Assembly: GCA_963787755.1 (NCBI GenBank)
Contig: CAWBEG010000001.1
Coordinates: forward strand, 132,075-196,074
Origin: Vicinamibacterales bacterium
Lineage (GTDB): Bacteria > Acidobacteriota > Vicinamibacteria > Vicinamibacterales > JAMQPK01
Direction of reading: 5' to 3'
DNA: 64,000 nt
This document shows positions 31,234-39,959 of this stretch, piece after piece (the first letter of the stretch is position 1; the number at the start of each line of letters is the position of its first letter). The translations under genes were made by a program, and so were the position numbers. The notes beneath the pieces are model-generated. The model was not told the DNA's origin. It saw only the letters and a list, made by a program, of their open reading frames with translations, and did not search any database.

Positions 31234-31428
31234 TTATCGATCGCCCTGATCCCCATAGCCAGATTTCACTTTCCTTTTCGCCTTCTTGCGACGGTCAGAT
31301 GCGAGAGATCGCCTCACGCCATCCATATCTTTGAACCGACCCGTTGCGGTTCGCTTCGCGAAAGATTTGCCGCTCCGAGATTTGACGAGGTCGCGCTTTG
31401 TGTTTGTGGAAGATCGCTTCTTGGCCAT
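31234..31428 (-). CDS. Small highly basic protein
   Basis: MAKKRSSTNTKRDLVKSRSGKSFAKRTATGRFKDM...KSGYGDQGDR; ORF 31234..31428. Confidence 0.4.
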   Translation of the reverse strand: MAKKRSSTNTKRDLVKSRSGKSFAKRTATGRFKDMDGVRRSLASDRRKKAKRKVKSGYGDQGDR

Positions 31429-31439
31429 AGTTACCTACG

Positions 31440-31703
31440 ATGCAACGGCCGTACCTCACAAAAGGTGCCGGCCACATAGTGTTCGGTTCGAATAAGATGG
31501 GAGTGCCGAACCCCATGAAATCCGCCTGCCCCGAATGCGCCGCGAGTTCCGTGTGGACCAGACTCGCAGAGGTGACGCGCGAGCGCGGAGGCCTCGTCAT
31601 GCGGTGGCGTTGCACGCTGTGCCAACACGAATGGACCGTTGGTGCGGTTCGGCCTAAACCGCCACGAGCATCTTTGCGCACACAGCGCCGCCGACGAGCG
31701 TAG
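31440..31703 (+). CDS. Small zinc-ribbon protein (third member of the CxxC...RW-x-CxxCxxW set); start uncertain (31440/31497/31515)
   Basis: MKSACPECAASSVWTRLAEVTRERGGLVMRWRCTLCQHEWTV followed by a basic tail. Confidence 0.45.
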   Translation: MQRPYLTKGAGHIVFGSNKMGVPNPMKSACPECAASSVWTRLAEVTRERGGLVMRWRCTLCQHEWTVGAVRPKPPRASLRTQRRRRA

Positions 31704-31775
31704 TTCGTGCTGTCGTCAGAAGCGTGGTGCGCACCCTACTGGAGCGAACAGGTTTCGCTGGTGTCTAAGTAAGCC

Positions 31776-32300
31776 ATGTGGCATTCGAAACTGGTGTACC
31801 TTGCGGCGGTTGCTATCCTGACGCTCGCGTGTGACACGCCTCAGCCCACAGCGAAGCCCGAGTGGCCGCCAGTAGGACAACGGTCGCCGACGAAGGGTGT
31901 AGATTCAGAACTACCCGCATTTGGGGCTTACGCCGTGTGGGATTGTGGTCCCGGCGACAGCCCGATCGCGCTGACCGTGTACGTCGCAACGGATGCCGTC
32001 TTTACGGTTTTTCCTCCCGAAGTGCCGCACTTCCGTCTGGAGGTCTTTCGCGCCGGCTCCGAGCTGGCACACCACACGCTTCAGTGGCCGGCTGATAAAG
32101 GCGTGGCAAAGCTGCAGCGGTGCCACTATACAGACTGCAAACGACTTGACGAGGGACGTGTCACGTTCGGCGATGTGCGACCCAATCATTTTGTCGAAGG
32201 GACAATTGACGTGGAACAACCGGGAACAATCATGTTCGACGGCACTTCAAAGCGAATTGGGGTCCCCGTTCGAATGGATGTGGCTAACCTCGTTGCTTGA
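31776..32300 (+). CDS. Lipoprotein, hypothetical
   Basis: Lipobox LTLAC after MWHSKLVYLAAVAI. Intact 174-aa ORF. Confidence 0.6.
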   Translation: MWHSKLVYLAAVAILTLACDTPQPTAKPEWPPVGQRSPTKGVDSELPAFGAYAVWDCGPGDSPIALTVYVATDAVFTVFPPEVPHFRLEVFRAGSELAHHTLQWPADKGVAKLQRCHYTDCKRLDEGRVTFGDVRPNHFVEGTIDVEQPGTIMFDGTSKRIGVPVRMDVANLVA

Positions 32301-32420
32301 ATGCCGGGCCTTCGCCGGTCGAGCAAGCGTCATGTTGTCGTTCGAGCCTCACCTGTGCATCAACTCCAAATCACCAGCCACGCAATTCCAGCCGACGCCC
32401 AGGTTAAGATCGTTTGAGAC

Positions 32421-32852
32421 TTGACCTTCGTTAGCTCTGATCCGCACGCCTGGCTACGTCCGCTGTATGCCCACCTTCGCAGCGATCAGAGATTCGGCCT
32501 GCTCTCCCCTGCCCATCAATTCGAAGCCCTGGCCTCTGCTGTTGAGAAAGAATCACCCACGAAAGGCACAGCGATGCGGGAATGGAGTCCTAACGCGCAG
32601 CTCGGGATGTTGAAGTGGTTGAGCGATGTCGTGCAGGAACAACCCAACCCAACGAATGAGATTGAGCTGTGGCGGGTGCGCAAGGGTGAACGTGAGCTGC
32701 GTTGTCTCGCCGTGTATCTGCCCACCGGGATCGATTGGACTGTTTGAAGGAGATGATTTCCGCCGAACACAGCTCATGCGCGACTCGCCGAACTGAAGGC
32801 GCTGGCCGACAAATGGCGAACAGCACTAACGGAGCGCGGCTGGACTCAGTGA
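32421..32852 (+). CDS. Hypothetical protein; one frame break near 32745
   Basis: ORF 32421..32747 (...ELWRVRKGERELRCLAVYLPTGID) continues in the next frame as FEGDDFRRTQLMRDSPELKALADKWRTALTERGWTQ. Confidence 0.35.
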
Positions 32853-33076
32853 ACCGCATGTGCAAAAGCGAACAGGCCCCAGCTCAACGTCCTTTTAATA
32901 TGTTGCATAACCGATACCTCAGCGAGCCGGGTGAAAGGGGACTGAATGACCGTGTTTGTCGTACTCGTGGTCGTGGCATTGATCCTATGATGGGAGTGAA
33001 GTACGGCTGGAACACCTGAAAGCCCTGCGCCGCCGTCGTTAGCTTCAACTCTGCGGTCTCTACTGAGGCAACGAGA

Positions 33077-33983
33077 TGTCTGCATCGCGCAAACGACTGT
33101 CGCTGACGAGGACTGACCGGGGGACAAGCGCCGGGCTAGAACTGGCTGCGCTCCTCCAAGACATATCCGCCGATGGTCAGGTAACTGATGACGAAGTCTG
33201 AACGGATTAAAGCGTGGATCAACCAATACCCTGACGACACGCTACCCGCTCGGTCGTTCCTCGTCTCCGTGATTAGCGCCATCACACAGGATGGCGTCAT
33301 TACCGATGACGAGTTAGAGGCATTGTCAGACGCCATTCAGAAAGTCCTACCACCGGACCTACGTCTGTTAGCTTCGTTGCGACGTAAGGAACGGCGCGCA
33401 GCCGAACGCGCCACACAAAGGTTGCAGAACGACAGGCAGACAAGACGCAGAAGACTGCTGACCGCGAACGCAGGCGACCCATCGAAACTGCTGACTTCAT
33501 GGTGGCAGGTGCGACGCTTCCGCACAATCGTGATGCTTGCTCGGACGTAGATGTTGGAGACCAAGTATGGCTTCAACGAGAACCTGACAATTCTCACGAC
33601 CGGAATGCAATTCTCATCGTGAACCCTGGTGATGATCGTTTAGGTCATGACCACGACAATTCGCACAGGACTTGGCTCCACTGCTCGATGGCGATTGCCG
33701 TCAAGAGGCGACCGTAAAGAAACTTTTAGAAACCTCACGTGGACACACGATTCCCGTTATCATCGCTCGTTATATCGGGCTGATTCTGGATTGGGACACG
33801 ATAAGCCGCAGACGCTACCCTTTCGACCTACTCCATCGGCGGTTGCCACGGCAAAACATTGCAATCAGCGCCCCGACTGCATCGAGTGCCTCGGCGCTAG
33901 ACCGAACGACGGGCACGACCTCTCAATGGCTATGGGTATTGATTGCGATTGTGGTGATTGGGTTTTTCTGGATGCTATCCTGA
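33077..33983 (+). CDS. TerB-like repeat / HIRAN domain / C-terminal TM protein; three frame breaks
   Basis: LAALLQDISADGQVTDDE and VISAITQDGVITDDELEALSDAI (repeated motif). HIRAN-like FMVAGATLPHNRDACSDVDVGDQVWLQREPDNSHDRNAILIV...LAPLLDGD. TM tail WLWVLIAIVVIGFFWML (ORFs 33188.., 33499.., 33672..33983). Confidence 0.5.
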
Positions 33984-34189
33984 CCACGTAGAAGAGCGTC
34001 ACGCGCGTGAGCAAAGGTTGTCGAGAACCTGCGGCGCGTGGCGGTCCACGTGCCGAAGCAGTCTAATGTGCCGTAAATGGAGGGCGCAGATTTTCGGCGG
34101 ACCCCAGCTCGTAAGAGATGCACCAGCGACCGAGATGCTGTCGAAACAGTGGCAAGCTGCCCTTGATGAGCGGGGCTGGAGAGAGGTCG

Positions 34190-34638
34190 ATGTCGTCGCC
34201 GACTAAGCGCCTTTTGGATCTCGGCATTGAACTGCCGCCAATACCAACCCCGGCAGGCAACTACGTCTCATGCCGTCGAGGGCTGGAAACCTACTCTTTC
34301 TCGCCGGCAAAGGCGTGAGGGACGTAATTGGGAAGGTCGGCGGTGATGTGACCGTCGAACAGGCGTATCAGTCCGCCCGTTCCACAGGACTTCAGTTGTT
34401 AGCCGTCATGGCTCAGGAGCTGGGATCGTTGGACTCTGTGCGCCGCGTTGTAAAGGTGACCGGATTCGTCAACGCGGTTCCTGAATTTGCGGATCATCCT
34501 GCCGTGCTCAACGGTTGCTCTGACTTATTCGTCGAGGTGTTTGGTGAGCGTGGTCGGCACGCACGCTCGGCGATCGGAGTAGGTTCGTTGCCGGGTCAGA
34601 TCCCGATCGAGATTGAGGTTGTCGTAGGAATGAGCTGA
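34190..34638 (+). CDS. RidA/YjgF-family protein; one frame break near 34275
   Basis: MSSPTKRLLDLGIELPPIPTPAGNYV, then LLFLAGKG...VVKVTGFVNAVPEF...ARSAIGVGSLPGQIPIEIEVVV (ORF 34270..34638). Confidence 0.7.
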
Positions 34639-34836
34639 TCGCTGCGCTCCATGGATGAACGTGCGGTTGGTGGGAGGCGACGGCTTTCGGCGCACGCAAG
34701 TTGTGCGCAACGCACCGACGGCAAAGCGGAAACGGCTTGTCCCGAATCTTCTCAAGCAAACGAAAATCGCGCTTGGGAAAGAGGACGCGAAGGCAGCCAA
34801 GCGGAACTCCTAATCTTTTACGCGCCTGTTCCACTC

Positions 34837-35301
34837 TCACTTATCTTGATCAGGTGCGAATCGCACGGCGCACGTGGGCGCCAGCTCGCGAATTGATTTT
34901 GCCGTAACTGTGCCGTTCGCCCATATAAAAGCGGTGTTTTCACCTTGCTTGCCGGTCCCACCGGCCCCCCCAGGACTGCGAATACTGTCGGTGATCGGGG
35001 CGGGCATTTTGCCGGTATCAGCGGGCGCCGTCGAGACCGTTCCACTGATCTCGACGACCTTGTTCACTGCCTGGCTCAAATCGACATCCTGCGCGGTCGG
35101 CACAACTTTATAGGTTATCGTCTGCCCTTTTGTATCGGTTCCAGAGCCATCCCCTGTGGGAGCGAGAAGACTGAATCCCACTTTGGTGTCACCCTGTAGA
35201 CAGCCTCTGAAGGTTTGTGGGTCCGTTGCGGTTGTATATTGAGAGCACGCTACCGCGGTGAGCACGGTGATTCCGAGCATAGTTGTCAGCTTTGCTGTCA
35301 T
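34837..35301 (-). CDS. Lipoprotein, hypothetical (paralog-like of 54239..54874)
   Basis: GGAGGA RBS; MTAKLTTMLGITVLTAVACSQ lipobox. Shares the pattern GC...KV(V/E)I(S/V)G...(S)(I/L)(R/K)x(L/V)(A/S)xTC with the 54-kb protein. Confidence 0.6.
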   Translation of the reverse strand: MTAKLTTMLGITVLTAVACSQYTTATDPQTFRGCLQGDTKVGFSLLAPTGDGSGTDTKGQTITYKVVPTAQDVDLSQAVNKVVEISGTVSTAPADTGKMPAPITDSIRSPGGAGGTGKQGENTAFIWANGTVTAKSIRELAPTCAVRFAPDQDK

Positions 35302-35531
35302 GCAGATTTCCTCCGTCGACACAGTCCGAAACTGTTGCATGAACGTCTCCGGCTGATCCCTTAGCGGCTGCCCGGCATCCCAGCAGCCACATCAGATGTA
35401 ACCCAATCGCTCGCTTTCCGGTGAACTAGCTCCAACTCGTGTTCCACAGGTCCGCATGATTGGAAACAGTAGGTTCGAATGCCCGCCGCTCCGACTTATA
35501 CCTATTTTATCGAAGCGGCGGGCAATTTTCG

Positions 35532-35825
35532 TCAGCGCTGTACGTTCGCGGTTACGCGATCCCACGAATCGCGCACGGCATCCTTGATTTCAAGCCAGGC
35601 CAGCTTTCCACGCAGCTTGTACTTGTCCCATCCGCGTTCCAGATCTGCCTGAACGTCGTCCCATGAGCGGCCACGATACTGAGTCCCCGATTCGAAGCCG
35701 TATCGGTAGGCGGGCTCGTAATAATCGTAGTCACGATCTGCCTCGACGTAAGGTCGAGTCCGGTAACTCTTGCGCCAGTAATCACTCTCAGCCGTCCAAT
35801 CGACCGGTGTCGTTGTCTGTGCCAT
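35532..35825 (-). CDS. Conserved hypothetical Tyr/Trp/Arg-rich small protein (stress-island type)
   Basis: DYWRKSYRTRPYVEADRDYDYYEPAYRYGFESGTQYRGRSWDDVQADLERGWDK; intact ORF. Confidence 0.6.
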   Translation of the reverse strand: MAQTTTPVDWTAESDYWRKSYRTRPYVEADRDYDYYEPAYRYGFESGTQYRGRSWDDVQADLERGWDKYKLRGKLAWLEIKDAVRDSWDRVTANVQR

Positions 35826-36291
35826 TGTTCCTCCCTCATCTTGCGCTTGAGCCTAACGCTCATTACGCGCTTCGCGCTCATGCGTTTCCGATTTCAACTC
35901 GCCTGCACGTGGGTCACGCCAAATGAAGCCCTATCCAGGGTTGAATAAGGACTTCGCCGAACGGAACGCAGTGCAATAGCTAGTAGAGCAAATCGCACAC
36001 CAGAACTATGCGACGGACTCGGGCGCATTGCTGTCGGTTAAAGAGAGAGATCGCTGTTCAAGCAGTCACGGTCCGTATTGCCTTTATAGGAACATCGCGC
36101 GAAAGGTAGTGTTCTTGGACACGAAGACTCTCAATCGCGCTTGACCTTGCATCATTCAGTATTTCTGACGCCAAAAGGGAGCGGGACGGCGAGGACTCGC
36201 GGTTGCCGCACGCATCGTTGGCGAAGAGGCGGATCCGGCTGATCGAACTGCAAGATTCTCGCGATTCAGCCGGTCAACCCCAGAAAATCAA

Positions 36292-36733
36292 GTGGCGCAA
36301 GGGCCAATGTCAAATTCCACTGAGGTGACAATTATGGGAGTCGGTCGCCGTCGTGACACACTCATCGCGACACTCTGCGCGGTGAAGTCAGAGTTACCCC
36401 TGTCGGCTGATGTGCGGTGTGAGCCCGCCGACGTCGCGCGCCGTGCATATCAGCTCTATGAGCCTCAGAGGACGCGTCCATGGGTTCGATGCGGACGACT
36501 GGAGGCAGGCTGAACGCGAATTGAGAGATGATTACGCGGTCGGCGTCAGCGCCTCTCCAGAACGACCGAATATTCCCGACGCGCCGCCGAACCCGAATCC
36601 TCCGAACATTCCTCCGTCCGGTGTGCCTAAGACTCCGCCTCTCGCCCCTCCCACACCGACGGACGAACCTCCGCCAGAGCCTATTGATGATCCGCCGCCT
36701 GAAGTGGACCCGAAACCGCCGTACACGGTCTAA
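36292..36733 (+). CDS. DUF2934-like protein with Pro-rich tail; one frame break near 36465
   Basis: VARRAYQLYE (ORF 36292..) then GFDADDWRQAERELR followed by PNIPDAPPNPNPPNIPPSGVPKTPP (ORF 36410..36733). Confidence 0.5.
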
Positions 36734-37310
36734 ACGCGGCTTCGTTAAGCTATAGCGCCCCGGGCGAACTACCTGCTCGCCAGCATTCACTGTGACAGCG
36801 GTGGCCACGTTCGTCGTGGCTGGAACTATCGGCTACAACCTCAACTCGCCGCGACGCGGCTGATGTCGGACACCCCATGCCGGCAGAGTCCGCTGGTGGG
36901 AGGTCGGCGCCGGCCTCGCTCTACTGCCAGTCGCATTACTGGCGACAGGCATCCGGTCTTGCAGCCCAGATTCGCTGCACGGGACCCCGATCCGATGGAT
37001 GAACGTCGTCGGATTTCGCTAGGGACGCCAAGCGTATGCGCGGCTATGCAGAATAGATAACGGAAAACGCCGTTGTGTCTAAGAATATCGCCTCTCGACT
37101 GAAAAGCCGACGATCGGCGAGAGATCTAGCTAACCAAAAGCTAGCGAACTCCCTGGCACGACGCGGTCTTGCCTGACGTTTGATGACCGTCAAACTCGCA
37201 GAAATCTGAATGAATTGACACGATCCGAACCTCGTCGGTACCATCCGACATCGGCTTGCGGAATCCCCGCTTCCGCACCAATAACTTACAGCGATTTTGG
37301 CAGTAAGCAT

Positions 37311-37340
37311 CTGGTCAAGTGGTCAAGTATTTGGTCAAGG
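37311..37340. repeat. Three direct TGGTCAAG repeats (spacing 0 and 4 nt)
   Basis: cTGGTCAAGTGGTCAAGtattTGGTCAAGg. About 30 nt downstream CTGCCCGTAG occurs twice, and AGATCTAGCTA occurs at 37123-37133 and 37389-37399. Confidence 0.7.
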
Positions 37341-37924
37341 CACGGCGGCAAAACGATCGCCTGACATCTGCCCGTAGGCACTGCCCGTAGATCTAGCTAG
37401 CCCTCGCAATAATCGCTCGCGGCAACCATCATTGGATGGACGCGCGCAAGGTGCATCGAAACTGCGAGATTGGAGCGGCCGCGACACACCTGAAACGCTC
37501 GTCTCTTATTGGCCTCTGCTCATTGCTCACCGATTTGACGATTTCCGCGATCTGCTTATCTATTTGGCGTGATCCGGAGCCTCGTCTGGCGACCTACCGA
37601 GGGTCGGATTCGGTCTCTCGGGTGCTCTTTCTGCAAGTTACAGAAACCACATTGCCAACGATGCCAGGAATGCCTGCGTCGCCGTGGGACGGTAGTGACC
37701 CGCCAAGTGCTATGGACATCGCCGAGCGCTCCGGTCTTTCCTGCACCATGCCAACGTCTATCGGCTTTGGGCATCATGGCAAGCACGGCATCCAGGTAGG
37801 GCCTACGAATCGAAGACGGGGCATGAGGGCAACAACGCGGACAGTCTCATGGTGCCATTCGGGACGTATGACTCCGCAACGCGTGGAGAACATTGCGGAC
37901 TCGGGCTATCGGTATGAGTAGGAC

Positions 37925-38250
37925 ATGTCGCGCAGTCAGTATGGGAGCGGTGCTGAACACCCTGACATCCGCCAGCGGCCAGCGGACCTACGACCACGCC
38001 ATTCGCGAATTCGTCGCTTGGTACCGATCGGAGCCGCGCTTTGCATTTAACCGCACCGTCGACTCCCGTACCGCATCCACCTCGAACAGCGCGAGATCGC
38101 TACGTCGGCCAGCGGATGGAAACGGCCTGGGGCGTGGACGCCGCTCCCTCCGAGGCGGCGTCCTGGTTGGGAATCACAGACGTGCGAGGTCGACCCTCAC
38201 TGTGTGTTTTGCGACGCATCATCTCAGACACGGGCTGCGTAGTAGCGCTG
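37925..38250 (+). pseudogene. N-terminal (SAM-like/core-binding) remnant of a tyrosine recombinase
   Basis: SGQRTYDHAIREFVAWYRSEPRFAFNRTV (ORF 37893..38327), then degenerate frames. No catalytic domain follows. Confidence 0.35.
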
Positions 38251-38352
38251 TGAAGGTGGTCTGGCTGCTCGTTTATCGGTGTGTGGCGCCGAACTTGCTT
38301 CAACATCTTTCTAAGACAAAACAGTGAAGCGAATATGTTCGAGAAGAGGTGA

Positions 38353-39105
38353 ATGATGGCAGATCCCAAAAAAGATGATTCGGTGAGCGAAGAAATTTCT
38401 GCTGCGGGTGAACGGTTGAAAGGCGCCACAAAGGACGCCTTTGGCGCCGCGACTGGGAACAGGTCGCTCGAGCGGGAAGGAGAGCAGGAGAATGCACAGG
38501 GTCGCGCGCGGCAAGCGGCAAATAAAGTCATGGAAGAAACGGACGGGGTGCCCGGAGCAAGTGTCAACGATCCCTCCGGGTATGGCACGGGGTATGTCAC
38601 CGGGCTGTACGATTCGCCGGAATCCGCGGGTCGCGCCTACGACGGCCTGACATCGAAACATGGGTACAAAGCTGAAGACGTGAGCATATTGATGTCTGAC
38701 AAAACTCGCAGCCAGCACTTTGGCGATGCGAAGCCAGGGGCGGAATTCGCCAGCGGGTCAAAAGCCGCTGAAGGGCTTGGAAAAGGCGGTGCCATCGGGG
38801 GCGGTATCGGCGCCGCGCTCGGAGCCATTCTCGCCGTAGGCACGACGATTGTGGTCCCGGGTCTGGGGCTGGTGGTCGCAGGGCCAATCGCCGCAGCATT
38901 GGCAGGTGCGGGCGCCGGCGGCGCCACTGGGGGTATCATCGGCGCCTTGGTTGGGGCGGGCATCCCCAAAGATCGTGCGGCGGAATATGACCGCGGAATC
39001 CAGCAAGGTGGGATCGTAATAGGCACGCGCGCGCGAGATGACGCGCATGCAGCCGAGCTGGAGCGCGAGTTCAAGGGCTATGGCGGCACGAACGTGAGAC
39101 GGTAG
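38353..39105 (+). CDS. CsbD-domain plus glycine-zipper general stress protein (GsiB/YflT-like C-terminus)
   Basis: ERLKGATKDAFGAATGNRSLEREGEQENAQG (CsbD), a Gly/Ala-rich membrane zipper GGAIGGGIGAALGAILAVG...GAGAGGATGGIIGALVGAG, then IPKDRAAEYDRGIQQGGIVI. Confidence 0.75.
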   Translation: MMADPKKDDSVSEEISAAGERLKGATKDAFGAATGNRSLEREGEQENAQGRARQAANKVMEETDGVPGASVNDPSGYGTGYVTGLYDSPESAGRAYDGLTSKHGYKAEDVSILMSDKTRSQHFGDAKPGAEFASGSKAAEGLGKGGAIGGGIGAALGAILAVGTTIVVPGLGLVVAGPIAAALAGAGAGGATGGIIGALVGAGIPKDRAAEYDRGIQQGGIVIGTRARDDAHAAELEREFKGYGGTNVRR

Positions 39106-39120
39106 AGCGCGCAATGCAAC

Positions 39121-39152
39121 GTCAGGACTCCCGGGCGCCGGGCGGTCCTGAC
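39121..39152 (+). terminator. GC-rich hairpin after the CsbD gene
   Basis: GTCAGGAC-tcccgggcgccgggcg-GTCCTGAC, 16 nt after the stop. Confidence 0.5.
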
Positions 39153-39959
39153 GGCGTACGCTTTGCAAGCAGGCATTTCTTGCCCTCGGTCCTCCACCAG
39201 CACGCTCACCGATGCCCTACGGTTTGCCGGGTCCCATTAACGGTTTGCGGGTGACCGTCGGCCTACGCGGTGCCGAGGTCTTCAGTTTCAAGCGCTTTTA
39301 GCAACGCGGCCAGAATCGAACCCCAGGGCGGCGCGGCCACGCCTGTCGCGAAGACGCTGCAATTCCAATGATCTGAGCGAGCTACGATGTGTCGACTTCA
39401 TCGATATTGCCAGCCGTGATCATGATTACAAGATCTCATTCTTGGCACATGCGCGCGCGCACATGTCGTGGTCGCGTTGACGCAGTCCGCACTCGAACAG
39501 TGTGCAGAGCCTCGTTTCCCACCGCTTTGATACCGCACAACTCGCCCGTAGCGCCCCAGGCGCGGGGTTTTCTGGCTCTTGCGAGCACGCGCAGAATCGG
39601 CTGTGCGAGGCGAGTGCGGCCGTTTCTGGTCTTTTCCATATCGTTTACACGGGACCAAACGGCCTCACGCAGCGTGGTTTGCCTCCCTTCACCAAATCGC
39701 GCTGGCCGCTAAACGCGCACCATCTTCAAGAAGGACCGGCCGGATTGTCACGTAACGTGTTGCACGCGGTCGGCAAACGCCGGTAAGCCGACCATTTAGT
39801 GCCCACAGGCTCCGCGGGCGAGCCACATTGGAGAACGATGCCGGTTCTCTATGCGCTCTGCCTCGGACAACATCGGTCGCGCATCTATAATCGCCCTGTA
39901 GTGGCCGTTGTCAATGTACTCACCATGAGCCAAATAAGAAATCGCTACAGAGCGATCGA

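Noticed and set aside
37436-37921. 161-aa ORF and overlapping ORFs (37556..37786, 37569..37799) as genes.
   Set aside because: The composition is Cys/Arg/Ser-rich, with no RBS and mutually overlapping frames in a region of recombinase debris. It is probably decayed sequence.
39455-39480. Near-palindrome ACATGCGCGCGCGCACATGT with a (CG)n core as a regulatory site.
   Set aside because: It is a single occurrence and imperfect, with no associated gene start, so it cannot be distinguished from chance in GC-rich DNA.
39160-39955. A partner gene immediately upstream of the HerA-like ATPase.
   Set aside because: Hand translation of all frames on both strands gave only short, stop-ridden, low-quality ORFs (for example 39389..39712 and 39436..39639). 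One short protein-like stretch (YIDNGHYRAIIDARPMLSEAERIENRH, minus strand) is too short to call.
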